A stretch of DNA of 64,000 nucleotides, taken from an uncultured Marinilabiliaceae bacterium. GTDB lineage: Bacteria; Bacteroidota; Bacteroidia; Bacteroidales; Marinilabiliaceae. The notes under the pieces were generated by a model. It saw only the letters and a program-made list of their open reading frames with translations, searched no databases and was not told the origin of the DNA. Position 1 is the first letter of the stretch, and the number at the start of each line of letters is the position of its first letter. This document shows positions 28,000-37,617 of the stretch, one piece after another. The stretch is from NCBI GenBank assembly GCA_964481855.1, contig CAYZUH010000016.1, positions 2,917-66,916 on the forward strand, in the 5' to 3' direction. Position numbers and translations under genes: made by a program.

Positions 28000-28425
28000 A
28001 TGGCAGACACAGTCCGCATAGACAAATTCCTGTGGTGCGTGAGGCTCTACAAGACCCGCTCCGTGGCCTCGGACGCCCTCAAGAGGGGCAAAGTCGCAAT
28101 GGGCGGGGCGCAAGTGAAAAGCTCGCGCAACATCAAGGTCGGCGACGTGATAGACGTCAGGGTGCCGGGCGGCATACGCTCCTTTGAGGTGACGAAGCTG
28201 CCCAAGAGCCGGATGGGCGCGAAGCTGGTGGCGGAGCACATCAGGGAGGTGACCCCCAAGGAGCAGATGGAACAACTGGAGATGTTCCGCCTCCAGATGT
28301 CGATGCAACGCCACAAGGGGCTGGGCCGCCCGACGAAAAAGGAGCGCCGCGACATGGAGAGCTTCCTGGAGACCGACGACGACGAGATGGACATTTTCCT
28401 GGACGACGGGGACGAAGACGAATGA
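28000..28425 (+). CDS. hslR: RNA-binding S4 domain protein (heat-shock protein 15-like)
   Basis: 141 aa. VRIDKFLWCVRLYKTRSVASDALKRGKV is an S4 domain, followed by an acidic tail. Confidence 0.8.
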   Translation: MADTVRIDKFLWCVRLYKTRSVASDALKRGKVAMGGAQVKSSRNIKVGDVIDVRVPGGIRSFEVTKLPKSRMGAKLVAEHIREVTPKEQMEQLEMFRLQMSMQRHKGLGRPTKKERRDMESFLETDDDEMDIFLDDGDEDE

Positions 28426-29045
28426 TCATAGCACAACAGAAGCGGCGGGAGAACATCGTGGAGTACATCCTCTACATGTGGAACGTCGAAGACCTCATCC
28501 GCGCCAACGGCCTGGACATGGGCCGCATCGACGCGACCGTCGTGAGCAAATATTCCATCGACGACCCGGCGCGCCGCGCGGAAGTCCGCTACTGGTGGGA
28601 GAACCTGTGCGAGATGATGCGCCGCGAGGGCAAGGAGTCGGGCGGGCACCTGCAAATCTTGACCATGCTGGCCAACGACCTCTACAACTTCCACCTCTAC
28701 CTGCTCACCCAGGAGAGCGAAATCCCCTACCAGAACGCGTTCCGCACCGCATGGCCGGACTTGTCGCTCTTCATGAACAAGACGCCCGGCGGCGACAAGA
28801 TGCACCACGTCCTGCTGGCCCTCTCGGCCATCTACGACTACTACCTGCTCAAGCTCCGCGGCGAGACCGTCCTGGCCGACACCACCAACGCCATGGTCCG
28901 CATAGGGCGCTTCATGGGCATGCTCAGCCAGAAATATCTCAAAGCCGAGAGGGAGCTCCACGCCGACCGCGAGACGAGCCCCGACGGCAATTTCGTAGCG
29001 ACACGGCAAACGAACCAACAGACACACAATGAGAAAACAGATTAG
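28422..29045 (+). CDS. DUF4924-like protein
   Basis: 207 aa. KRRENIVEYILYMWNVEDLIRA and the position right after pth-hslR match what I recall for DUF4924 in Bacteroidales. This assignment is from memory only. Confidence 0.5.
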   Translation: MIIAQQKRRENIVEYILYMWNVEDLIRANGLDMGRIDATVVSKYSIDDPARRAEVRYWWENLCEMMRREGKESGGHLQILTMLANDLYNFHLYLLTQESEIPYQNAFRTAWPDLSLFMNKTPGGDKMHHVLLALSAIYDYYLLKLRGETVLADTTNAMVRIGRFMGMLSQKYLKAERELHADRETSPDGNFVATRQTNQQTHNEKTD

Positions 29046-30117
29046 CCTCCTGGCCGCCGCGGCGGCGACTTTGGCGTCCGTCCGGGCGCAGCCCCTGCAA
29101 CCCGGCTTCTCGAAGTCGGAATATATGGAGTGCCTGAGCATGGCCTCGCACATGGACAGCCTCAGCGTGGACGACAAATACCTGTGCCCCGAGCCGACGC
29201 GCTTCCACAAGGTCTACGCCTCGCCCAAGGTCGGCTTTGACAACGAGTGGGAGCTGTGGCAGTCCGACGGCGGCGTGATGGCCATAATGCTCCGCGCGAC
29301 GGTCTCGACGACCAAGAGCTGGGGCGCGAACTTCAACGCCGGGATGGTGCGCGCCGCGGGGACGTGCCATGTGGGCCGCGACATCCGCTACGACCTGTGC
29401 GCCGACAGCACGGCCTGCGTCCACGCCGGATGGGTGGCCGGGCTGATGACCATGGCCGACGACATCGTGTCGAAGCTCGACTCGTGCCACAAGGCGGGGC
29501 GCCTCGACTTCCTGGTGGCGGGCCACAGCCAGGGCGGGGCGCTGGCACTGCTGACCACCGCCATGCTTCGGCGCGGGCAGGCCAAGGGCGACATTCCCGC
29601 CGACATCCGCTTCAAGACCTACGCCAGCGCGGCTCCCAAGCCCGGCGACTACCTCTTCGCCATGCACTATGAGACGATGACCCGGCCGGGGTGGTCGTTC
29701 ACGGTGGTCAACGCCGACGACTGGGTGCCGGAGACGCCCCTGAGCCTCCAACGCCCGACGGACTTCCGCCCGACGAACCCTTTCGTGCGCATCGACGAGC
29801 TGATGGAGGACGCGCGCGGGATTCAGAAGATAAAAATCAAGTACCTGTATGGCAAGCTGAGCCGGCCGACAGGCCAGTCCGTGAAGAATTGGACAAAGTA
29901 CCTGGGCTCGACGGTAGGCGGGATGCTCCAAGAGGGCAACCCGTGGTTCCGTCAGCCCGAATATGTGGACTGCGCCAACTACGCCCGCGCGGGCCAGTCG
30001 TTCGTCCTGATGCCCGACGAGGAGTACTACTCCCGCCACCCGCGAGTGGCGGACGACGCCTTTGAGCACCACCAATATAACGCCTACTACGACTTGGCGA
30101 AGAAGATTGGGGAGTGA
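29029..30117 (+). CDS. Secreted class-3 lipase family protein (alpha/beta hydrolase)
   Basis: 362 aa with signal peptide MRKQISLLAAAAATLASVRAQ and nucleophile elbow VAGHSQGGALA. Confidence 0.75.
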   Translation: MRKQISLLAAAAATLASVRAQPLQPGFSKSEYMECLSMASHMDSLSVDDKYLCPEPTRFHKVYASPKVGFDNEWELWQSDGGVMAIMLRATVSTTKSWGANFNAGMVRAAGTCHVGRDIRYDLCADSTACVHAGWVAGLMTMADDIVSKLDSCHKAGRLDFLVAGHSQGGALALLTTAMLRRGQAKGDIPADIRFKTYASAAPKPGDYLFAMHYETMTRPGWSFTVVNADDWVPETPLSLQRPTDFRPTNPFVRIDELMEDARGIQKIKIKYLYGKLSRPTGQSVKNWTKYLGSTVGGMLQEGNPWFRQPEYVDCANYARAGQSFVLMPDEEYYSRHPRVADDAFEHHQYNAYYDLAKKIGE

Positions 30118-30449
30118 CCGCTTGCTTGCCCACGGAGGAGGGCGCCCAACAGATTGACCGTTGGCAAAACGCCCTCCAGAGGGTCACGATTGGGCGACTT
30201 GCGGAGTTCGTCAGACGTTGTCCCGATTGCTTTTCCCCAAACGGCACCCCGACAGACGCGAAAGCGCAGGGGTTAACCTAAGGGACGTCGCCCTGGCAAG
30301 ATTGCCTCTTAATCGCCACGACGTGATTGAGAGCGTGTTGCAGGTTGCCAACTTTCGTGTTCGTGGAATCTTCAAGTCCAGCTCGCTGGGGCATAATTGT
30401 CCTCGCTCATGGTACGAAAATCTTTGACTCCGATGGGGATTTCATAGCC

Positions 30450-30656
30450 TCACATTTGCATGAGCTTATTCACTATTGCGGCAACTTCGACACCCCACTC
30501 GTCACACCTGCCGATTGACGCCGCCATCTTCCTTATGCCGTCTTTCACGGAAGCCTCGTCACCTCTTTCGTCAAAAAGTTTAAGGAACCGCACCCACCAA
30601 CGCGCCTCAATCCCAGACTGCTTCAAACGCATCGTGTCTTCAATCCAATCGTCCAT
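30450..30656 (-). CDS. Hypothetical protein, or the 3' part of a TGA-interrupted ORF
   Basis: 68-aa ORF in the same frame as 30690-30986, separated from it only by a TGA at 30690-30692 plus 11 codons. I recognise no family. Confidence 0.3.
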   Translation of the reverse strand: MDDWIEDTMRLKQSGIEARWWVRFLKLFDERGDEASVKDGIRKMAASIGRCDEWGVEVAAIVNKLMQM

Positions 30657-30689
30657 AAGGCCACTTATACGCGCAATGCGTCCAAAATT

Positions 30690-30986
30690 TCAGCCCTTAT
30701 CATCAGAGACGACATCTGAATATGCGCTACCAGGCTCCGGATAGGGATGTGTCTTAGGATGCTCAACCTTCTTGGCAGAAATGCTACGATTCTCCCAATA
30801 ATGGGTTCGCAAGTCCGCCGCATACTTTGCCTGCTCAATGAAAGGGGCGGCCAATACAGGAGTCCCGGAAATGACATTCGAGAGCGACCAAGGGAAAACC
30901 GCAATTAAGTCCCAAACAGTCATGGCATTCGCAGAGGCGCGGAAACGGAACGACGGCAACTCATGCCGTACAACTGAGCCGACCAT
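30690..30986 (-). CDS. Hypothetical protein, or the 5' part of a TGA-interrupted ORF
   Basis: 98-aa ORF starting 10 nt after the methyltransferase stop. I recognise no family. Confidence 0.35.
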   Translation of the reverse strand: MVGSVVRHELPSFRFRASANAMTVWDLIAVFPWSLSNVISGTPVLAAPFIEQAKYAADLRTHYWENRSISAKKVEHPKTHPYPEPGSAYSDVVSDDKG

Positions 30987-30996
30987 AGATTACATC

Positions 30997-32049
30997 TTAA
31001 TCAAATTTATACACACCATTTGTCCTAAAAGTCTCGCTCGCCTCCCGCAAGCGCTCACAAGCCAAAGCGTAGAACGTGTCGTCAACCTCGGCAACAAACG
31101 CACGACGCCCCAACAAGATGGAGGCGACAGAGGCCGACGCCAAACCACCAAACGGCTCCCATACGACCCCTCCCTCATTTGTCGTCGCAGCCACTTGCGT
31201 CAACATGAGATTCAACGGCTTTTGGTTCAAATGGGCGGCGGACAGCTTCGTCGGCTTATATGTCCTGGGGGCGCTTCGCTCCATCGTCCCCCTTAGCCTT
31301 TCGGCATCGGCTAACGGCGGACGTCTCCAAACGTTGGTCACACCATTTCGATGATTCCACACGGCCCGCATACCGTCCCAACCGGCGGCCGTAACAGGAC
31401 TCTCACCATCCAATGAGAAGTAGGGCCAACTATGCCTGTCTCCCTTCTCGTTGCAAAACTCGCTCATTTTTTGAACCGCCTCCCCTGGAGGCCAATACCA
31501 CAAGCTGTCGGAGGTCAAATATTTGCGCGTGGCGGCACTTTTGACCCCGCAGGCTTCGTTTGCCAAAGACATCGGCAGACCGCTCCTCTGCCACTCCGCC
31601 CTCAACCACTCCTTGACATCGAGGGTGCGACCATCCCCCGTTCTCAGATAGAGTTTCCTCCTGTAGAGAGCCGCAACCTCGGTGACCACCGGCAACTGCC
31701 GGATGGTATTTCCATTCACATTGCCGGCGATATGCGCAAGCCCCTTGTCCCACACCGCCAATTGAACGTACTCCCACCCCGTGGCTAGAAGCAACGGATG
31801 GACCGTGGCCCAACCGACCTCGGTATTCCAAAACCAAAGAGACGTGGAAGGCTTTGCCGCTTTGGCCCATTCCAGGCAATGCGGCTTATACCAATCGACA
31901 AGTCCGCTTGCGTCCGCAGTATCGCCTCGAAAGCCTCGAACACCATAGGCTCCGTCGGAGACTATCAAATCGGGAGCTTCCCAATTTGCGTACACCTCGG
32001 ACACGTTCCCATGATGCATATCGCCAAGACCTATCAGCCTTTCTTCCAT
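30997..32049 (-). CDS. Beta-class (N4/N6, PF01555-like) site-specific DNA methyltransferase, orphan
   Basis: ATG at 32049; the track start at 32094 is TTG. The order is motif IV then motif I. The C-terminal HLNQKPLNLMLTQVAATTNEGGVVWEPFGGLASASVASILLGRRAFVAEVD is a typical SAM-binding region. N-terminal DLIVSDGAYGV replaces the usual D/SPPY. Confidence 0.75.
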   Translation of the reverse strand: MEERLIGLGDMHHGNVSEVYANWEAPDLIVSDGAYGVRGFRGDTADASGLVDWYKPHCLEWAKAAKPSTSLWFWNTEVGWATVHPLLLATGWEYVQLAVWDKGLAHIAGNVNGNTIRQLPVVTEVAALYRRKLYLRTGDGRTLDVKEWLRAEWQRSGLPMSLANEACGVKSAATRKYLTSDSLWYWPPGEAVQKMSEFCNEKGDRHSWPYFSLDGESPVTAAGWDGMRAVWNHRNGVTNVWRRPPLADAERLRGTMERSAPRTYKPTKLSAAHLNQKPLNLMLTQVAATTNEGGVVWEPFGGLASASVASILLGRRAFVAEVDDTFYALACERLREASETFRTNGVYKFD

Positions 32050-32222
32050 GATGGCCAAAGGTAGTAAAATTACGGTTGAGCCATCCAATCTCAAAACGTC
32101 ACAATGGAAACTCCCGCCCCCAGGCCTCCTAACAAAAAAAATCCTATGGCCGCGGGAGCAACTTTCATGTCCGTCGCCTATATTCGCCTTTGAAAGCCAT
32201 TTACAACTATAGCATAGAGAAA

Positions 32223-34907
32223 ATGAATATCCAACCCCTTTTCATCGCACTCTTCTGCAGCACCCTGGCCCACGCGCAGAGGCAAACCCCCGCCGAGCGG
32301 AAGGACTCCGCCGACAAGGCGAACGACATAGTAAAGGTGGCCGGGAGCCACTCCGGCAAGAGGGCCGTGGGCAACGCCCTCGACGCATTGAGCGGCCAGA
32401 CAGCGGGCGTCAACGTGACCTCCAACGGCTTGGACAGGATGGCCATGCTCAACAGCGTCCGCGTCCGCGGCACGACCTCCATAGTCGGCGGCAACGACCC
32501 CCTGGTGCTCATCGACGGCGTGACGTCCGACGTGCTGACGCTCTCCACGATATATCCCGCCGACATCGAGAGCTTCCGCATCTTGAAGAACGCCACCGAG
32601 ACCGCCATGTATGGCTCGCGCGGGGCCTCGGGCGTGATTGAGGTGAAGACCAAGAAAGGGACGGGCGGCGGATTCCAAATATCGTATGAGGGGAATGTCG
32701 GCATAGAGCGGATGTACAGGCACCCCGACATGCTCGACGCCGCGGAGTATGTGGCCACGGCGCAAAGGCTTGGGACGCACTACAACGACAAGGGCTTCGA
32801 CACGGACTCCTACGGGGTCATAACGCGCACGGGCCTGGTGAACAACCACTACCTGGCCTTTAGCGGCGGAACGCCGCAGTCGAACTACCGCGCCTCGTTT
32901 GGCGCGATGGACCACAACACCATCATCAAGAGGATGGACTACCAGGTGATAGTGGCCAAAATAGACGTCACGCAGAAAGCTTTCGACGACCGGCTGACAG
33001 GCGACTTCGGCATATTCGGGTCGTCGTTCGAGAACCACGACATCTTCAACGCCCAGATGCTGTTCTACTCCGCGGCCTGCCAGAATCCGACCTATCCGGC
33101 GGGGACCGACGCGGACGGGAACTGGATAAAGAACGAGGCCGCCACCTGGATCAACCCTCCGGGCATACTGCTCGACGAGAAGAACGACTCGAAAGACTTG
33201 AACTTTGACGCCCACATAAGGCTGAGCTATGACATCCTGCCGAACTGGCGCGTCTCGGTCTTCGGCTCCTACCTGTACGGCTCGACCGAGAACAACCAGT
33301 TCGCCCCCACATGGGTCTGGGCGCAAGGGCACGTGCGTCGGGGCGAGGCGAAGAAAGAGGAGTGGCTCGGCAACGTGTCGGTGGACTTCAGCAAGGAGTT
33401 TGGCATCCACAGCATTTCCGCCGGCGCGAGCGGCGAATATCGCAAGCTGACAAACACCGCCTTTTGGGTGCAAGCCAAAGGCATCCCCACGAACGACTTC
33501 CACTATGACAACATTGGGGCGGCGGCGGCCAGGCCCTACGGCGGCACGGGGAGCACCTACGAAGAGCAGAAACTGGCCTCGGCCATGGGCAACGCGGCCT
33601 ACACGCTGCTGGGCAGGTACACCCTGACGGTCAACGCCCGCGGCGACGGCTCGTCGATGGTAGGCGACAACAACACGTGGGGCTTCTTCCCGTCAATCTC
33701 GTTCGCATGGGACATAAAGAAAGAAAACTTTCTCCGCGAGGCGCGGCCCCTGTCGATGCTCGCTTTCCGCGCGGGATTGGGGCAGGCCGGCAACCTTGGG
33801 GGCATTTCGGCCTACACGACCATGGCCACAGCAAGGCAGACGGGCGTCGTCCCGATAAAGAGCACCCCGACGGTGACCCTCGGGACGACGCGGAACAACA
33901 ACCCCGACTTGAAATGGGAGACGAAGACCACATTCAACGTCGGCATGGACATGGGCCTGTTCGCCAACAGGCTGATGCTCACGGCCGAATATTATTACTC
34001 CAAGACCACGGACATGCTCTACGAATACGAAGTGCCGGTGCCCCCGTTCGCGTTCAACACCCTGCTGGCCAACATAGGCTCGATGTCGAACCGCGGATGG
34101 GAGCTGGGACTGTCGGCGCAACCCGTCAGCAAGGACGACGTGGAGCTAAACGTCAACATGAACCTGTCTTTCCAAAGCAACAAGCTCCTCTCTCTCAGCG
34201 GCACGCTGAACGGGATGAGCCTGTCGGCCACCGACGTCACGGCAATAGGCTCCCTGGACGGCGCCGGGCAGAACGGCGGCGACAACAATGTTGTCTACCA
34301 AATTGTCGGGCAGCCTCTTGGCGTCTTCTACATCCCCCACTGCAAAGGGCTGGCGCAGAACGAGAACGGCAGCTGGCACTACGACATTGAGGACATCGAC
34401 CGCGACGGGACGATTGACATGAGCGACGGCGGCGACAGGTATGTGGCAGGGCAAGCCACGCCCAAGATGACCCTTGGGTCGAACATCAGCTTCAGGTTCA
34501 AGGATTTATATATGGCCTTGCAGATGAACGGGGCCTTCGGGCACAAGATATTCAACGGGACCGGACTGGCATATACCAACATGTCGAGCTTCCCCGACTA
34601 CAACGTGCTGAGGGACGCCCCGCAAAAGAACATCGTCGACCAGCGCATCTCCGACTATTGGCTGGAGAGGGGCGACTACTTGAATTTCGAGCAACTGACA
34701 ATAGGCTACAGAGTGCCGTTGGAGAGCAACGCTGTCCGCTCGTTGCGGCTGTCGTGCAACGTCTGCAACCTGGGGACCATCACGGGCTACAGCGGCCTTA
34801 CCCCAATGATTAACAGCTACGTGGTGAACAGGACGATGGGCATTGACGACAAACGCAACTACCCTCTGTACCGCACATACACCCTTGGGCTGAGCGTACA
34901 ATTCTAA
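32223..34907 (+). CDS. SusC/RagA-family TonB-dependent outer-membrane transporter (short form without CarboxypepD_reg domain)
   Basis: ATG at 32223 gives signal peptide MNIQPLFIALFCSTLAHAQ. It has a plug domain (ALSGQTAGVNV...VRGTTSI..NDPLVLIDGV, AMYGSRGASGVIEVKTKKG) and ends in a C-terminal aromatic residue ...LGLSVQF. Confidence 0.9.
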   Translation: MNIQPLFIALFCSTLAHAQRQTPAERKDSADKANDIVKVAGSHSGKRAVGNALDALSGQTAGVNVTSNGLDRMAMLNSVRVRGTTSIVGGNDPLVLIDGVTSDVLTLSTIYPADIESFRILKNATETAMYGSRGASGVIEVKTKKGTGGGFQISYEGNVGIERMYRHPDMLDAAEYVATAQRLGTHYNDKGFDTDSYGVITRTGLVNNHYLAFSGGTPQSNYRASFGAMDHNTIIKRMDYQVIVAKIDVTQKAFDDRLTGDFGIFGSSFENHDIFNAQMLFYSAACQNPTYPAGTDADGNWIKNEAATWINPPGILLDEKNDSKDLNFDAHIRLSYDILPNWRVSVFGSYLYGSTENNQFAPTWVWAQGHVRRGEAKKEEWLGNVSVDFSKEFGIHSISAGASGEYRKLTNTAFWVQAKGIPTNDFHYDNIGAAAARPYGGTGSTYEEQKLASAMGNAAYTLLGRYTLTVNARGDGSSMVGDNNTWGFFPSISFAWDIKKENFLREARPLSMLAFRAGLGQAGNLGGISAYTTMATARQTGVVPIKSTPTVTLGTTRNNNPDLKWETKTTFNVGMDMGLFANRLMLTAEYYYSKTTDMLYEYEVPVPPFAFNTLLANIGSMSNRGWELGLSAQPVSKDDVELNVNMNLSFQSNKLLSLSGTLNGMSLSATDVTAIGSLDGAGQNGGDNNVVYQIVGQPLGVFYIPHCKGLAQNENGSWHYDIEDIDRDGTIDMSDGGDRYVAGQATPKMTLGSNISFRFKDLYMALQMNGAFGHKIFNGTGLAYTNMSSFPDYNVLRDAPQKNIVDQRISDYWLERGDYLNFEQLTIGYRVPLESNAVRSLRLSCNVCNLGTITGYSGLTPMINSYVVNRTMGIDDKRNYPLYRTYTLGLSVQF

Positions 34908-34922
34908 AAAAGACAGAAGAGC

Positions 34923-36542
34923 ATGAAAAAGACTTTCTGCCGCGCCTTGATCGCGCCGCTTGCGCTAAGCGTCTGCGGATGCCTTGACGAGAACCCCAAA
35001 GACCAATTGGGGCGGGAGGCCGCCTACACCAACGCCAACAACATATTCAACAACGCCGTGGCCTCCTTATACAACTACGTGGGCAGCGACAAAGAGACCG
35101 AGGGGCTGCAAGGCACGTGCCGAGGCATATATGACTACAACACCCTCACCACGGACGAGGCCATGATACCCATCCGCGGCGGGGACTGGTATGACGGCGG
35201 GCTGTGGGAGAACATGTACCGGCACGAGTGGAGCGCCAACGACATGTACCTGTACGACATTTGGAAATACCTGTTCAAGGTCATCGTCTTGTCCAACCAG
35301 TCGCTACAGGTCATAGACAGCCACGAGCGGCTGCTTGGGGCCGAGCAAGCGCGCGACTTCCGTGCGGAAGTGCGAGCCGTCCGCGCCTTGTTCTACTACT
35401 ATGCGATGGACATGTTCGGACAAATCCCATTGGTAACGTCGCACGACATCAGCCTTGACCAAGTGACGCAAAGCAACAGGAGCGAGGTCTTCTGGTTCAT
35501 TTTTAGCGAGTTGCAGGCCGTCGCCCCCATACTCGCCGAGGCCCAATCGCAGAAAGAGGGCGACTATTATGGGCGCATGACGCGCCCGGTAGCGAATTTC
35601 CTGCTTGCCAAACTGGCATTGAACGCCGAAGTTTATTCCGACGACAACTGGACTGACGGCGAGCGACCCGACGGCAAGAACATTTTCTTCTCCGTCGGCG
35701 GCGAGCGGAAGAACGCCTGGGAGACCTGCACGTGGTATTGTGAACAGTTGAAGAATGAGGGCTACGCGTTGGAAAGCAGCTACGCCTCGAATTTCGCCGT
35801 ACACAACGAGAACTCCACGGAGAACATTTTCACCATCCCGCTAGACAAGAACCTGTACACAAACGAGTACCACTACCTGTTCCGCTCGCGCCACTACAGG
35901 CATGGCGGCGCATATGGCGGCTCGTCGGAGAACGGCACTTGCGCCACGGTCTCGACCGTCAGGGCCTATGGGTATGGCACAGACCAGGTGGACAACCGTT
36001 TTGGCGTCAACTTCTACGCCGACACGGTCTACGTGGACGGGGAGAAGATATACCTGGACAGCGGAGAGCCTTTGGTATACAGGCCCCTGGAGCTAACGCT
36101 GAACCTGACGGACAGTCCGTATAAGCAGACGGCCGGCGCCCGCCAAGGGAAATATGAGGTTGACCGCACGGCCTACTCCGACGGCCGGCAGGTAGACAAC
36201 GACATCGTCCTGTTCCGCTATGGCGACGCCCTGCTCATGGAGGCAGAGGCCAAAGTCCGCAATGGCGAAGACGGCTCGGCGGAACTGAACGCCATAAGGG
36301 GACGGGTTGGAATGCCCCCCGCGGAGGCGAGCCTGGAGAACATATTGAAAGAGCGCCTCCTGGAACTGGCCTGGGAGGGATGGCGACGGCAAGACCTGAT
36401 CCGCTTTGGGCGATATGCCGGGGCATACGACCAGCGCACCCCCATAGGCAACGAGGAGACAGGCTTCACGACAGTGTTCCCGATTCCGCAGAGGTGCCTG
36501 GACTTGAACAGAAAACTAAGACAGAATCCGGGGTATATGTAA
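34923..36542 (+). CDS. RagB/SusD-family nutrient-binding outer-membrane lipoprotein
   Basis: 539 aa with lipobox SVCGC. The C-terminal region ILKERLLELAWEGWRRQDLIRFGRY is typical of SusD, and it lies immediately downstream of a SusC gene. Confidence 0.9.
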   Translation: MKKTFCRALIAPLALSVCGCLDENPKDQLGREAAYTNANNIFNNAVASLYNYVGSDKETEGLQGTCRGIYDYNTLTTDEAMIPIRGGDWYDGGLWENMYRHEWSANDMYLYDIWKYLFKVIVLSNQSLQVIDSHERLLGAEQARDFRAEVRAVRALFYYYAMDMFGQIPLVTSHDISLDQVTQSNRSEVFWFIFSELQAVAPILAEAQSQKEGDYYGRMTRPVANFLLAKLALNAEVYSDDNWTDGERPDGKNIFFSVGGERKNAWETCTWYCEQLKNEGYALESSYASNFAVHNENSTENIFTIPLDKNLYTNEYHYLFRSRHYRHGGAYGGSSENGTCATVSTVRAYGYGTDQVDNRFGVNFYADTVYVDGEKIYLDSGEPLVYRPLELTLNLTDSPYKQTAGARQGKYEVDRTAYSDGRQVDNDIVLFRYGDALLMEAEAKVRNGEDGSAELNAIRGRVGMPPAEASLENILKERLLELAWEGWRRQDLIRFGRYAGAYDQRTPIGNEETGFTTVFPIPQRCLDLNRKLRQNPGYM

Positions 36543-36587
36543 ACTCGGAATAAAAAACACTATACTGGCGTCAGAACTCTTAGAGCC

Positions 36588-37541
36588 ATGGTCCAGGTTC
36601 TCAACCCGATATACGACTCGTCGTTCAAGTTCCTCATGGAGGACGAGCGCGTGGCCCGCACCCTGCTCTCGGCACTGCTGAAGCGCAAGGTGCTGTGCCT
36701 GGAGCAACAGGCGCAGGAGCGCACCGCCGACCTGCGCGACCGCGCTTCGGACAAGGCCCTAGGCCTCTACCGCCTGGACTACGTGGCCACCGTCGAGACA
36801 CAAAGCGGCGGCGAGGAGACCGTGAGCATAGAGTTGCATAAGGCGCGGATGGAGACAGAGATGGCGCGCTTCCGCCGATACATCGGCGCGCGCTACTCCG
36901 ACCCCGACAACGTGGACACGGCGAGCGGCGCGCCGCGCCACATCGTGGCCATATACATCCTGGGGTACAACATCCGCGAGACCACCGAGGCCATAGCCTA
37001 CGGCTACGGCGGGCGCCTCACGGACTACGACGGGAACCCGGCGGCGCCGGGAGACGGACGCACGGGGCGCGGCGGAGGCAAGTTCGTGAGCCGCATAACG
37101 CACGACACCATAATAGTCCAGGTGGGGAGGCTGCCGGAGAGGCCGCGCAACATGGCCGAGCGGCTCTTGTCGGTCTTCGACCAGCGCGCCAAGAGCCGCC
37201 GCGACCGCCACGTGCTGAACTACGACAACGAGAGGGGCGGGGCTGAAGCCTCGCCGCTAGTGCGCCGCCTCTCGTCGGCGCTAGCCGACGGCGAGCTGCT
37301 CGGACGCATGGAGCTGGAGGAGGAGATGCAGACGGAGCTGGAACTGAAGAACGCCGCCATAGACAAGATGGAGAGGCAGCTTAGGCAGAAAGACCAACAG
37401 TTGGAACACAACAGGGAAGAGCTGAACGCCATGAGGCGCATAACGGCAAAAACGCTCCATGCGGCAGGGCAGACCACAAGCCAAATTGCCACGACACTCG
37501 GAATCAGCATCGACGAAGCCGAAGCACTGATAGGCGCCTAG
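36588..37541 (+). CDS. PD-(D/E)XK nuclease family transposase-like protein (PDDEXK_2 / Rpn-like)
   Basis: 317 aa. The N-terminus NPIYDSSFKFLMEDERVARTLLSALL ... RLDYVATV ... VSIELHKA ... RFRRYIGARY is characteristic, followed by a C-terminal coiled coil. Confidence 0.75.
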   Translation: MVQVLNPIYDSSFKFLMEDERVARTLLSALLKRKVLCLEQQAQERTADLRDRASDKALGLYRLDYVATVETQSGGEETVSIELHKARMETEMARFRRYIGARYSDPDNVDTASGAPRHIVAIYILGYNIRETTEAIAYGYGGRLTDYDGNPAAPGDGRTGRGGGKFVSRITHDTIIVQVGRLPERPRNMAERLLSVFDQRAKSRRDRHVLNYDNERGGAEASPLVRRLSSALADGELLGRMELEEEMQTELELKNAAIDKMERQLRQKDQQLEHNREELNAMRRITAKTLHAAGQTTSQIATTLGISIDEAEALIGA

Positions 37542-37617
37542 GGGCGTGAAAGCGTAGACACAAGGGGACGACCATCGGGGAATGAGGGTATGCGCCCCAC
37601 CCCACTTGGTCACAGTC

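Noticed and set aside
30137-30177. Nested stem ggagggcg..ccaac..gttgg..cgccctcc just after the lipase stop, as a terminator or attachment-site remnant of the islet
   Set aside because: No T-run follows it, and no matching repeat occurs at the other islet boundary (32095-32190). The evidence is insufficient for either role.
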